DNA from: Octopus vulgaris
Taxonomy: Eukaryota
Assembly: GCA_951406725.2 (NCBI GenBank)
Contig: OX597822.1
Location: 12,772,001 to 12,836,000 of the forward strand
Direction of reading: 5' to 3'
DNA length: 64,000 nt
The notes beneath the pieces are model-generated. The model had not been told where the DNA came from. It searched no databases and saw nothing but the letters and a program-made list of their open reading frames with translations. The first letter of the stretch is position 1, and each line of letters begins with the position of its first letter. A program made the position numbers and the translations under genes. This document shows, piece after piece, positions 1 to 12,321 of the stretch.

Positions 1-329
1 CAGTTTGCCGCCACCGTAATGATGCTGAGGATTTCAAACATTAGCAAATAGTCATCAATTTAGGCTTATTGGCCGGTCAATACAAGTGGAAAGCGAATGC
101 TGCAGATACTTTTAACTATCAGTGACTGATGAAAGGTAAAGTCAACTACAGCAAGGTTTGAGCTCAAAATATAAAATAGCGTAATTAAATAGTAGAAGGT
201 CTTTTCAGTTATTATCTATCGCGTTTGCTTTCCATTGGCTTTAGTAATAATAACTTACAAATGCACCAAATCTACTCTAAGAATAGATAAATTAATTAAA
301 ACCGAGATCATTAAATTAGATCCAAACAC

Positions 330-1140
330 TGAAATCAGGGAATTAAAGTAGGATACAAACTAGCCATCCCAATAATTATCTTCAGCACCGACGTAATAAA
401 TTTAAAGTGAACTGCAGAGATTAGACAGGAAAGTTTGGAAACTATTGAAAGCGTTGAGGTACGGCAATCATAAAGCCGATATACATAAGATATATCTGTA
501 AAATATATCTATCACCACTGCTGAGAGAAGGCTGTGTTTGATGCAAATGTAGTGTTCTTTTAAATTAAATTCATTGAGTCTGGAAAATAGTTTGAAGCAA
601 ACGAACTGAAAATGATTAGTATAATACGGGAAGATGGATGAAATGACTAAAGTTAAGTTTCTCACTATTATTATATACGATGAAATTACAATTGGGAACT
701 TATTGAAAAGGAAAGAAAAAAGCATTTTATAAATCAGTAAAAATATATGAACAAATAAAACAGAATACAAAATAGAAATTTCTACTCCATGATATACTAA
801 AGAAAGTGCTAGAAAGAGAATCGTTTCCTGACCAACACGATTGAAAACTGGAAAGGGAGAAAGTTTTAATGTCAACAAGAGTGCAATGTTCTTCAGCGGC
901 TGCAAAAGAGATGTGTTTCACAGCTCTCACAGTTCTCAGCTAGGAATCTCTGAAAAAGGCCTGGCTTACCATATGATAAAGATATATTTTCGACCATATT
1001 GACAGGAAATCATGTAAAGAGGAAACCAAATGTGAATCAAACGGGAGACAACAAATATGAGATATCCAGTTTTTTTCAGAAGGATTGAAACACTAATAGC
1101 AGATAGATCAACTGAGAATCGAAACCGACTTAGAGACATT
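330..1140 (+). pseudogene. Decayed R4/Dong-clade non-LTR retrotransposon fragment (RT thumb region)
   Basis: Broken translation gives KLAIPIIIFS...ELQRLDRKVWKLLKALRYGNHKADIHKIYL, resembling the R4/Dong motif 'LDRKTRKLL..HPKADVDRLY'. Many stops and frameshifts; boundaries approximate. Confidence 0.65.
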
Positions 1141-2363
1141 CCAGTTCTTGTCTACGCTATAGCGTTAACCATTCAATACAGCTAACTCGTAGACAACCTG
1201 CAAGAAGTAACAGTTAAATCTCTCTAAAATAATATCCTACAGTAGTCACGATATGGACACATGCGATGTGATCATAGATACGGTGGATGGGAGAAAAGAA
1301 ATAAACAAAAATAATAGAATTTATTAATGACAATCATAATATGCTATAAAGTATATTAAACGCTTTTATAAGTCGATACTATAATCTACTGTGTTAGCAG
1401 TGCTATTACAGCATTTCTTAAGGCTGTCTCTACAGATATTATATATAGATTAATAACCAGCCCTAATTTTCGTTACGATGTTAGTTATCAGCGACGTCAG
1501 TTGTGAACAAACACAGAAATAGAAGAAGGCAATCGGGTAATGGGTGTATATGCTCTTTTTTCAGTAGGTTTTGCACCTCCGATGACAATGTACGGAATGC
1601 AATGTGAACATTGGTGTCATTCTGTCAGAACTAAAACAGCGTGCACATACAAATGCTGTTTAAATATCCATCGGTACGGGCTCACCTCAGCTGCTAAAAA
1701 GAACAATGACATCCGATTAAAATCGCAGATTCGAATATGTTTTGCCTGAGAAATGTTGTCCTACATAAAAGACATTGGTTATAGCTAGAAAGTCTTTGTT
1801 CATCTTGCTGAGGTAACTTTGAGCTAAACAACAGCAGATGACAAGTAATATGTATAAACATTTAGTTAAATGCAGGCGCAAACGGGGCTGTGTAATAAGA
1901 GATCGACCTCCAAAGCATACAACAGAGTTCCTGATTTGGGGTAAAATAAAATGCAGGAGGATCAGTTTATTATAATTTTATTCATCATACACTGTTCTCG
2001 GATTCACACACTTATTGCATCAGTCCTTCAGTTCTTTTCAGCCCTGTAAAAGAATTCGGAAGTTTGGGCCTCCAATTACACCTTTCGCAATAACCTTAAA
2101 GACAGGAAACTTTCTGCACCGCTTGAATGGTTTCGGCCTCTGTCCAACTGGATAGTATCTTTGGCAGGTATTATCTACTGCTACCCTGGGATGACTACAC
2201 CTTGTAGGTGGATTTGATTGGCAAAATCAGGCTGAAAGACACCCACCGTATACACACACACACACACACACACGCACATATGAGTGTTTATGCGTATGTG
2301 TGTGTGTGTTACTTTTTGTTTGCCATCCATCCCATTTTAACAGCCGCTGATTGCTTGTTTACG

Positions 2364-2641
2364 TCCCAGTAATTTAGCCATCCGGCAAAACGAGAGGTGT
2401 ATAATAAGTACAAGGGATAGAAACAAGTGTAAAAGAACAACAAAGATGTATTTAAATACAAACACACACATATATATATAAATATACGTATATATATATA
2501 TATATATATATATATACGTATATTTATATATATATGTGTGTGTTTGTATTTAAATACATCTTTGTTGTTCTTTTACACTTGTTTCTATCCCTTGTACTTA
2601 TTATACACCTCTCGTTTTGCCGGATGGCTAAATTACTGGGA
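2364..2641. repeat. Perfect 278-bp palindrome (inverted duplication of a decayed SINE 3' half) centred on (TA)n
   Basis: tcccagtaatttagccatccgg... at 2364 is the exact reverse complement of ...ccggatggctaaattactggga ending at 2641. Centre 2502/2503, no spacer. Confidence 0.97.
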
Positions 2642-3310
2642 ATAAATGGAGTTTAACGCAGCTATAAATCAAATATTTTTACTTAGTTAGGAATATTTCA
2701 TTTAGATTATCTAAATTATCTGCTAATGTTGATACTTTCAATGATAACGCTGAATTTTATAACTCTGCCTTAATTAAAGCAGGTTATACCGAGAAAATTT
2801 TCTACATTGATTCAACTCAGTCTAATTGTAAATTCTATAATGTAGATAATATTCTAGTCTTAAAAGAATTATTGATAACAAACATAACTTATGCAACGAT
2901 ACAAAGCGATTGAAGGGAGATAACCCTTATTTAATCCCCTATTATCGTTCTAAAAGCAAATATAACACTTTCAAAATAATTACAATATAAATACTAGTAA
3001 AAATATTTGGTTAATAATTCCGTACGGGAGACAAATTAAATCTAATCTCCCACTGCTGTTTCGTCAAGCTATTGTTAAGAATTTTCCAAAATATTCTAGG
3101 TATTACTCTATTATCAATTCACATACGATTAGGATCGGTTTTTCCAACACAAAAAATATATTACAAATCATCGTTTCACATAATAACAAACTGTTAAATA
3201 TTAATACATTTACTAATACTAACATTAATTTAGCTAATACTATCCAGCCCTCTAGAGATATTAAGAACAAGGTCATTGTATCTGAAGTCAATTCCAATAG
3301 AATTAAGTTT

Positions 3311-3700
3311 ATGTCAAGTAACTCTAAGATTAAAAATTCTATATACCAGTGTATAATCAGTACTCGTAATAAAGTACGATTTTACATTGGAAGCACATCG
3401 TTAGAGCTATCTAAAAGAATTTCTATCCATTACTCAACATTTAGAGATAGAAATAAGCGTAATAGTACCGGTCTCAGCAAATTAATTTGGGATCTAAAAG
3501 ACCACAATGAACAATTTCATTTAGAATGGTTGATTCTCTCAATCACGATACCTTATGACAAAGGCAAGGAGTTCTGTCTTCTCTGTAATTCTGAGCTACT
3601 TTTCATTATTTATGCTAAAAATCCCCTAGTAAACACGGTTATAGAGCGAGCATACAGATGTAAACATTGGCAAAAACACACTTTTAGTGCATATAAGTAG
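3311..3700 (+). CDS. GIY-YIG endonuclease domain of the Penelope-like element (fragment of a disrupted ORF)
   Basis: SIYQC...FYIGST..LSKRISIH..TF...STGLSKLIWDLK...W.I...PY...CLLC..E...N...E...CKH: GIY-YIG core plus the CxxC/CxH tail seen in PLE endonucleases. Confidence 0.88.
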   Translation: MSSNSKIKNSIYQCIISTRNKVRFYIGSTSLELSKRISIHYSTFRDRNKRNSTGLSKLIWDLKDHNEQFHLEWLILSITIPYDKGKEFCLLCNSELLFIIYAKNPLVNTVIERAYRCKHWQKHTFSAYK

Positions 3701-3709
3701 TCTCTATCA

Positions 3710-5165
3710 TCACTCTCTATATAAACGGCAGTTTGTCTGTCTGTGTGTCTGTGTGTCTGTCAGGGTGTACCCTCACCCTGACCACAGCTTTCAACCGATT
3801 CTGATGAAACTTGACACACACATAGCCCAATGTCATAATTCAAAACTAACGCAGCGAAAACTTTGAAAAGTTCGCCCAGTTCTGAAGAAGATTGATAAAT
3901 TCGACATAGGGTCGAGAATCTAAGCTTTTTATATGCAACACATTTTCTGTTGTAGTTTTCGCAACTTGCAATCGATTTTCACCAAACTCATGGTGAAGCT
4001 TAATGTTACCCTAAGAAACTTAATTCTGACGTTAGTTTTCCATGCAATACCTTACCATCAGAAAAAATCGATAAAATCATGCCATTTTGGGAAATCGCGT
4101 TCAAATTCAAGATGATATATTTTCGACAATATCTTTCACAAATTGGCAGGAATTTTTTTTAAATTCACAGCGAGCATCATGTCTGCTCCAAGGAGCTATA
4201 TGGCCCTTTTTATTCCAATAGGATACTTTATTACTGGAAAAAATCGGTTAATTAAATCATATGTGGCACACATAGCAAACCGATTTGTGTATTAAACATA
4301 AACCACAGACTGTCTAGGGGAAGCAGCTCGACCTTTTTAACTCACTTTGCACCACTGTCGACACCCCTGCTAGCCTCCGGGACGCTGTCTTCCACGACCT
4401 ACAAAACAATTTACGCAACCTAAAATGGCTGGCAGGCAGAGCTATTCTCGCACCCAAAAATACAACCGTCAACTTCATCAATATACAGCTACTTGAAGCT
4501 ATTCCTGGTGATGTCCACGTCTACAAATCTATAGATAGGACAGCAGACCCCGTCGAGCTTGCCGATTATCCTGTTGAATTCCTGAATTCACTTGAACCGC
4601 CAGTCCTGCCGCCACACATCCTGAAGTTAAAAGTCGGTGCGCCCATTATGCTCATCAGGAATTTGGTTCCACCTAAACAGTGCAACGGCACACGTCTGGT
4701 TGTGAAACATTTGGCACCACATTTAATAACGGCCACAATACTTACCGGTTGTGGGAAGGGAGAGGACGTCTTCATTCCACGCATGCACCTTCAACCGTCG
4801 GGCGCTGACCTACCAATCCACTTCAGGCGTGCTCAGTTTCCTGTTAAACTCTGCTTCGCAATGTCCATCAATAAATCCCAAGGCCAAACGCTAAAAGTCG
4901 CTGGGTTACATTTGGGCGAACAGTGCTTCGCCCACGGTCAACTCTGCGTGGGCTGTTCAAGCGTTGGGAGGCGCAATGATGTTTTCATGTTTTCGCCCAA
5001 AGGGACAGCTAGGAACATCGTATACATAGAAGTGTTCGAGTGAAGAGAAGACATTGCAACCTACACATGCGCCTTCGTTCCATAGATGGAAAGGACTAGA
5101 TTGGGATTAGTCGTTGCCTACTAGGGTCTCTTACATACCCGGGCAACGCCGGGCTATGCTGCTAG
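3710..5165 (+). mobile_element. Internally deleted Helitron
   Basis: 5' A|TC(actctctatataaacggc). 3' GC hairpin cccgggcaacgccggg (5138-5153) followed by CTAG|T (5162-5166). No TSD; inserted between A and T. Carries a helicase C-terminus. Confidence 0.92.
4318..5043 (+). CDS. Helitron RepHel PIF1-like SF1 helicase, C-terminal ~240 codons
   Basis: Stop-free frame containing RAILAPKN...YPVEFLNSLEPP.LPPHILKLKVGAPIMLIRNL...CNGTRL...RAQFPVKLCFAMSINKSQGQTL...FAHGQL. No native start codon; the track's 4648 ATG is internal. Confidence 0.93.
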   Translation, partial: GKQLDLFNSLCTTVDTPASLRDAVFHDLQNNLRNLKWLAGRAILAPKNTTVNFINIQLLEAIPGDVHVYKSIDRTADPVELADYPVEFLNSLEPPVLPPHILKLKVGAPIMLIRNLVPPKQCNGTRLVVKHLAPHLITATILTGCGKGEDVFIPRMHLQPSGADLPIHFRRAQFPVKLCFAMSINKSQGQTLKVAGLHLGEQCFAHGQLCVGCSSVGRRNDVFMFSPKGTARNIVYIEVFE

Positions 5166-5390
5166 TTATATATAATTTAAACTTTAATTTCCTTTATATT
5201 TAACATTCACTATTAATATCCCTACTCTTTCTGTAAGCTACTTCTGACGTTATATCATATAACGTCTTTTTAAACAATATTAATAGCGTTCAGTTAATCG
5301 CTTTACAAATTCATCATTTTTTGCTAAAATGTATTACTGATGAGTTTCGTTTTTTAACTTTCGTTTTTAGAAAAAATAATGTGTATATAT

Positions 5391-5477
<87 letters not shown>

Positions 5478-5537
5478 TATGTGTGTATATATATACACAC
5501 ACACGCACGCACATACACATCCACACACACGCACACA

Positions 5538-5598
<61 letters not shown>

Positions 5599-7049
5599 GA
5601 TATGATATGTCCTGTTTATTGTCGCTTTCGTGGTTGGTTCTACAATTTTTCCTGTTTCTGTTGTCGCTCTTTTTATTGCTGTTGTTGTTGTTGTTGTTTC
5701 TGGTCTCTTATTCCTGGCGTTGCTGTGAATGTTTCTATAGTTTTAACAGATCAATAAACGTACACGCGTTAAACCCAATCCAAAATTAATTCAAACGTTA
5801 GCCCCAAATCGAATCGATATTTTTATTGAACTGACCTCCATCGTCAACATGCAACACCAAAAGAAAGTAGTACCACTTTTCCACTCCTACCACTACTACT
5901 ACCAGCACCGTCACCGATCAAAATGCTACACCGAATACCACCAATCAATAATACTACCTTCACTACTACAACCGCTACTACCATCATCACAGTCTGGTAA
6001 AGTATCATTTGAATCTGTTGAAAAACTTGTTATTGCCATCACCGACGCGAACTCCTCCACCCTCTGTCCCCCACCACCACCGCCATTACCCTGACCACCA
6101 CCACCAACACTTCAATAACTGACGTAACTTTTGGTGAGAGTTTGAAAGAATTCTTCCTTTTCCCACAGCTCCTCCTTCTCCATCTTCCTTCTCTTCCACC
6201 TTCCCCTTCTTTTCTTCCTTCTTCCTCCGCACTCACTTCCTCCTTCTTCCTCCCTCCTCTTCCTCCCCATCTTCCTTCTCTTCTTCCTACTCCTTCTCAT
6301 TTATCTCCTCCTCTCTCCTCCTCCTCCTCATCATCATCCCTCCATCTCCCCCTCCACCTCCTCAACTCTCCCTTTACTCCTCATCTCTCCATCTCCTTAT
6401 CCATCCCTATAACTTCTCCTCCTCCTCCTCTCCCCCCTCCTTCTCTTCCCCATCCCTCCCTCTCCACCTCATGTAATTCGTGTTAATCTAATTACAACAG
6501 GCGCAGATATTCTGTGGTTGATGGTGCTCAGGTACGCCTTCAGCCTGAAATATCTACAGACTGAACAGTCGGTAAGCAGGTGTGATCACCGACCGCGAGA
6601 CACGATTACGTAAGACTCTTGTCATTGACAGGACTCCTGACTTGAATCAAATGAGCTGAAAATTTTGATGCCTGACGTCTGGTCCATTGTCAGGGGTTAA
6701 CAGGTCTCTGTTTGTTAGAGAATGCAGCTTGTGGTACACAAAATTTCAATCAAGAACGATGCCTTTCTCTGAAATATTGTGGGCGTTAATTAGTGTCATT
6801 TATACAGACAACATTGCAGATATAATCTGAATCGTGGCTGTCACCATTTGACAGCAAGTCGTTTGGTGGATAAAACTCAAAGCGCTAAAGAGAGGCGCAT
6901 TTCTTTTTAGTCTATCTCTATCGATTCCTTCAAGACAAATTAGTGAGGAAAGAATGGTGCTGTCTTCACTAATTTCGCTGAATGCTTGGTTAAGTGTATG
7001 TGCAGTAAAGGATTTTCTTGAGTGTAGGTCAAGGAAGGACACAACATGA

Positions 7050-7441
7050 TATGTCTTTTATCATTAACTTGCTTCAATCATTAAACTACAGCCATGCTGG
7101 AGCACCGCCTCGAAGAATTTTGGTTGAACGAATCGATCCCAGTATTTCTTTCTTTAAGCATGGTAATTATTTTATCAGTCACTTTTACCGGACTGCTAAG
7201 TTATAGGAACGTAAACTCACCAAAACTTGTCAATTAGTGGTGTGAAAGACAAGCACAGAGAAACATTAGACACACACAACGGGCTTCCTCCAGTTTCCTT
7301 CTACCAAATCCAAGCACAAAGGATTTGGCTGGCTCGAGGCTTTAGTAGGAAACATTTGCGCAAGTTGCCACGCATCGGGACTGAACTCGGAACCAAGTCG
7401 ATGGGAAGCAATTGTCTTACCACACAACCTCACCTGCACCT
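7050..7441 (-). mobile_element. tRNA-headed SINE family A, diverged copy
   Basis: Reverse-strand match to 25157-25565 and 41464-41880 (gccatgctggagcaccgcc...ctaccaaatcc...ggactgaactcgg). Confidence 0.85.
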
Positions 7442-7520
7442 ATGGCGTAGTGGTTAAGAGCGCGGGTTACTCACTCCAAGATTCTGAGTTTGATTCCAGG
7501 CAGTGACCTGAATAATAATA

Positions 7521-7586
<66 letters not shown>

Positions 7587-7775
7587 TCGAAAAATACCAT
7601 AGGAATGAGAAACCAGATTCGAAATTTCCCCAAGACACCCGATGAAAGCTGGCGGGTAAGGGTATATCAGCCGAAACGTTGTGCTAACAACAAACAAGAT
7701 GGGGACAAATATCCGTCAAATGTAAATATTATAAATAATGTAACTAATGTACATAATTCCTCTTCTCTTAAATAT
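7442..7775 (+). mobile_element. Putative pol III (tRNA-headed) element with internal (TAA)n and a hammerhead-like tail
   Basis: Box A-like TGGCGTAGTGG (7443-7453), box B-like GAGTTTGATTCC (7486-7497), (TAA)n at 7511-7583, HHR-like motif at 7634-7685. Confidence 0.7.
7634..7685 (+). ncRNA. Minimal type-I hammerhead ribozyme motif (mutated core)
   Basis: gacac-CCGATGA-a-agctg...cagcc-GAAA-cgtt-gtgct. Stem I cac/gtg, stem II gctg/cagc, palindromic aacgtt stem III. U4 is C in this copy. Confidence 0.65.
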
Positions 7776-8429
7776 TGCACTGTATTTTTACTCTGTTCCT
7801 CATTGATACTGTCCCGAATCAGATTGCCTTCGAAATTTATTCCTATAAACTTCCCGTCCTATGTTGCTTCCATTACAAACATGTTATTATTTCGGTGGCG
7901 GACTACTGGTAGAACCATTAGTTCGCCGAACCAAAGGCTTTGCGGCATTACTTCCGACACTTTATGTTCTGAGTTTAAATGCTGCCAAGGACAACATTGG
8001 CTTTCATCTAATCGGGATCGATATAATAAAATACAAATCAGGCAGTGGGTCGATGGCATCGATTATTATCCCCAACCCTACCTTCACTCAAAAATTACTG
8101 GCTTTGTGTCATAAATTGAAACAATTGTTCTGGCAGTGTCGTTAGCACGTCAGAGAAATTGATTTATTCTATGGGTTCCGACATTAAGAGCAAAGAAGTC
8201 TGACTTTAAAAATCCAACGGAGCTCTTCTTAAAGTCGATTAAATCGAATATTTCCCTCGCCTACAGAGAGACAAGATGATAATCACCGTTATAAACCATC
8301 CCCTGCCTCCTCCTCCTCCTCCTCCACCTCATCATCATCATCCATCAACAGCAGCAGCAGTAGTAGTTGTTGTTGTTGTGGCCCTTTTGTAGAGAAAGTT
8401 TGTTTCACTTTTACGCCCTAGGGTTCGAG

Positions 8430-9480
8430 TCATAACCGATCAACAAAAATCCTTTCAGATTCTTCCATCAGCCCAATTTCGAGAAGTTTGTTTGGGTTCA
8501 TTAAAGTTCTTAATGTCGTGGTTTTCTATAAAATACATCTGTTCGAATTTCTGTCCCAATCTTTTCCAACCATAAAAGTTCATGTCTTTCCTTATTGTAA
8601 TATCATTACCCTCTTATATCAATTCTACAATCGATTCCAGTTCCTTTTCCCAGTTCTTGGTATTTCTGTATTTTTCACAAATATTTTCACCAGTCGAGTG
8701 TCATTCAACAGTGGCATCATGCTATATCGATTATTGAGATTTCTTTCATTTGTGTTTACGATTACGATGTGCAGTTTTCATGCCTTGATCAGGTGATAAG
8801 GGTGACCTATACATCCGCATCTTCAACCTCTCAGCTCGATTGTTGGTTATACCACCTTTCAGTTCCCTCTAAATTATATCTTTTACATATGGTTCCAATG
8901 AACAATGCGTTCAATATTGATGTGTGCCTTCTCTTGTATTCTCTTTGCTCATATTAACTGTATTTTTCTCGTTATGTAGCGAAGACTTACGCCATTTTCA
9001 GAAAGAAATCAAAACAGGACTAATTCGACGCTATCGTTGTCACACTTCTTATAATTTCTTCTATGAACTTCATCTCTTTGCAGCACAGATCAAAGCTTCA
9101 CTTCCCAAATTTTAATATGTTCCTTGCTTCTTCACCCAGGTCTCTAGTTTATATTCACGATAACAATGTACAGTTTTCATGCCTCGAAAAGGTGATAATA
9201 ATTAACTGTTGACATTTTACGTTTTCATGTCAGCACATCAATTTTACTTCCATTCTGATCCTCTTGTTGCCATCTTTATCTAAGTATTCCATTATCCGAA
9301 CGATAATGGAGACATTTACACCATTCGAGAGTGTTGCCCTCAATTTTCATACATTTCTCGCCGCTCTCAAAACTCTTTAACCATTTTATCCGGAGCAGGT
9401 AAACCTGATAATTCTCAGTTTTCAAGAAGTCTTTGGCATTGTCATTAATTCCTTCTTTCGAACCTATGGAGATCTACCCT
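8430..9480 (-). pseudogene. Decayed R4/Dong-clade LINE 3' fragment (zinc finger/RLE region)
   Basis: Minus-strand pieces SEALICAA and EQREYKRRH...ICKRYNLEGTERWYNQQS resemble R4/Dong 'ETEALICAAQEQ...EYKRRHD...CKKY...KWYEH'. Confidence 0.7.
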
Positions 9481-9822
9481 ATTCCATTTGCGTATCTCTC
9501 CTCCATTCAATCCAAGAAGCTTCCATAAGTTCACTGATATTATCTTATTTTGCAATGATTATAATTTTTTTTTTATTGTTTCAGTCATGTCACTGCAGCC
9601 ATGCTGGAGCACCGCCTTGAAAGGTTTAATCGAAGAAATCAATCCCAAGACTTATTCCTTGGCAGCTTAGGACTAATTCTATCGGTCTCTTTTGCCGAAC
9701 CACTAGATTAAAGGGGACGTAAAGACACCAGCAACGGTTGTCAAGCGATGGTGGGGGTGACAAACACAAACACAAAGGCAGGCACACACACGCACGCTGC
9801 GTCTATCTCATATCTGAATATA

Positions 9823-10261
9823 CAGGCGTGGCTGTGGCGGGGTTCAATCCAACTGCTGGGCACCATAGGAAAGTATCTTCTACTATAGGCTCGGACTGAC
9901 CAAATCTTGTGAGTGGATTTGGTAGATGGAAACTGAAAGAAGCTCGTCATATATATATACATATATATGTATATATATATTTTTTTTAATTGCCCACAGG
10001 GGGCTAAACACAGAGAGACAAACAAAGGGATTAAGTCGATTACATCGACCCCAGTGCGTAACTGGTACTTATTCAATCGACTCCGAAAGGATGAAGAGCA
10101 AAGTCGACCTCGGTGGAATTTGAAGTCAGAACGTAATGGCAGACGAAATACCGCTGAGCATTTGGCCCAGCGTGCTAACGATTCTGCCAGCTCGCTGCCT
10201 TGTATATGTGTGGGTGTATATACAAACATATATACACGCACACAATCAAGTGTGTGAGTGT

Positions 10262-10331
<70 letters not shown>

Positions 10332-10555
10332 TTTTCGTGTCTGCTTCTGTCCCCTACCAGTGCTGGCATGTTTAGGTCTCACTGAATTAGTGTTCGGTAA
10401 AAGAGTCCGATAGGAGAGAGGCCAGGCTTTGAAATGTCAATACATGGGTCGATAGATTCGACGAAAATACTTTAAGATAATACTCCAGACTGACCGCAGC
10501 TGCACCAGCATGTCCACAATCAAATGACTGAAACAAGTAACAGAGTAAAAGAGCA
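9823..10555 (+). mobile_element. SINE A split at its internal microsatellite by an antisense family-E SINE
   Basis: 5' half at 9823-9950, 3' half at ~10330-10555, family-E copy at ~9985-10200 between them. Confidence 0.75.
9985..10200 (-). mobile_element. tRNA-headed SINE family E (Deu/Nin-like core)
   Basis: Minus strand reads aggcagcgagctggcagaatcgttagcacg...aattccaccgaggtcgactttgctcttcatcctttcggagtcgattgaataagtaccag. Related copies near 7905-8120, 21090-21300, 32625-32785, 36690-36915, 37015-37145, 55190-55395. The core assignment is from memory of the domain consensus. Confidence 0.8.
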
Positions 10556-10556
10556 G

Positions 10557-10608
<52 letters not shown>

Positions 10609-11329
10609 CTGTATACATTTACATATTATGTAAATACCAATACATATACATGTATTTGTGTGTATCTATGTATATATCGATATCTATTTATATATATATC
10701 TATGTATGTATGTATATATATATATATATCTATGTATGTATGTATATATATATATATACATATATGCTTGTGTGTGCATATTTGTGCTTTTATATGAAAG
10801 CTTTTATGCGAAACATTAAATAACATTATTTGCCAATTTTCGTTGAGAATACCAGGGGTGTATTTTCTGTGTTTGGAATTAAAAACTTTGAAACCATAAA
10901 CGACTTCCTGGCTATTTTGGGACGTATATTTCTCCATTAACCTGTGATTCTCATCTCGGAAATTTACTAAAATGTTTATAATTCTTCCGTTTCAGTTATT
11001 TCTCTAAAACGGTTTTCCTAGAGGAAAAATAAAATATTTACTTGTAACTAAAATGGATATTTGGTAATTTTATCAATTCTAACGTAATTTGTGATTCTGG
11101 TTAGCCTTCAGTCAATTCAAGAGTAACCCCAGACGTAGAGTGCACGTGCGCATATTTAGTTTACAAATACACATCTACCAGTAATATTTACCAGTAATAT
11201 TTACCAGCGTCAAGTACCGAAAAATTGTATATGTATATTTACACAATTATTGAAAATTTGTATACCTATATATGTATGTATGTATGTATGTATGTACCTA
11301 TCTATCTATATATTTGTATGAATATATAT

Positions 11330-11640
11330 ACATTGGTAGAAGGAAACAGAAAGAAGCCCGTCGTATATATGTATATATATAAATATAAACATATATATAT
11401 ATATATATGCATGTGTGTGTGTGTGTGTTTGTGGATCTCTGTTTGCCCCATCAACATCACCTGACAACCGATGCTGGTGTGTTTACGTCCTCGTTATTTA
11501 GTGGTTCGGCAAAAGAGACGGATAGAATGAGTACTAGGCTTACAAAGAATAAGTCTTCGGGTCGATTTCCTCGAATAAAAAAGGCGGTTCCCCAGTATGG
11601 CCACAGTAAAATGACTGAAAGAAGCAAAAGAGTAAAGAGA
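11330..11640 (+). mobile_element. SINE family A, 5'-truncated
   Basis: Contains tgacaaccgatgctggtgtgtttacgtcc...ggttcggcaaaagagac...aatgactgaaa. Confidence 0.85.
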
Positions 11641-11648
11641 TTAAAGTG

Positions 11649-11704
<56 letters not shown>

Positions 11705-12154
11705 AACGTGCAAAACGCCCCCCGACCAATGGACGGTGCTGAGTTGTCAAACATTTAAACCAAATTTTCTCAAAACAACTTGTCAGACTGTCCCATAGTC
11801 CTACCCTTTGAGAAACACTGATTTAACCTAAATTTGAGACACTAGCAGAAGATATAAAGATAGACATTCTTTCTAATCCAAAGAAAAACGATTTTAGTCA
11901 CACAAATATGCAACCGAAGAGTTTAAAGTATCACTAAGTACATCGCAACGGCTGATGTACTTGCGCGTACAAATGCACGTTTCCGCGGATTTATCGATTG
12001 CATTCTCACCTGGAATCGATTTTTGTAATTTTTTTCAAGACTTATACACACCCTGTTACCGTCGGTATCTATATATCAAATTTGAGTGCAATCGGATGGA
12101 GGATGCCCGAGATCCTAGAAGACACACACACACAGAACGGATTTTATATAATAG

Positions 12155-12223
<69 letters not shown>

Positions 12224-12321
12224 ACTCTGGTGTTTTAAACTGTCATGAAATGATCTGAAATGTAATATGTAACTTATGTTAAAGATTATATATGTATGTG
12301 TGTTTGTGTGTGAGTGCGTGT

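Larger units (their letters stand above)
2642..5385 (+). mobile_element. 5'-truncated Penelope-like retroelement (RT thumb + GIY-YIG + 3' UTR), interrupted by a Helitron at 3710-5165
   Basis: Translations LVRNISFRLSKLSANVDTFNDNAEFYNSALIKAGYTEK, KNIWLIIPYG and YYSIINSHTIRIGFSNTKNILQIIVSHNNKLL match PLE thumb/linker motifs. A GIY-YIG ORF follows. The 3' UTR resumes at 5166 and ends in CA/TA repeats. Confidence 0.85.

Noticed and set aside
3311-3700. Selenocysteine (in-frame TGA) usage as reported for some PLE clades
   Set aside because: The conserved Cys positions use ordinary Cys codons. There is no in-frame TGA.
3796-3830. CTGATGA hits at ~127, 3801, 34245 and 40406 as hammerheads
   Set aside because: No stem II/GAAA/NUH arrangement follows.
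11700-11820. hAT-like MITE end (ttgagaaacactg)
   Set aside because: No matching second TIR or 8-bp TSD found.
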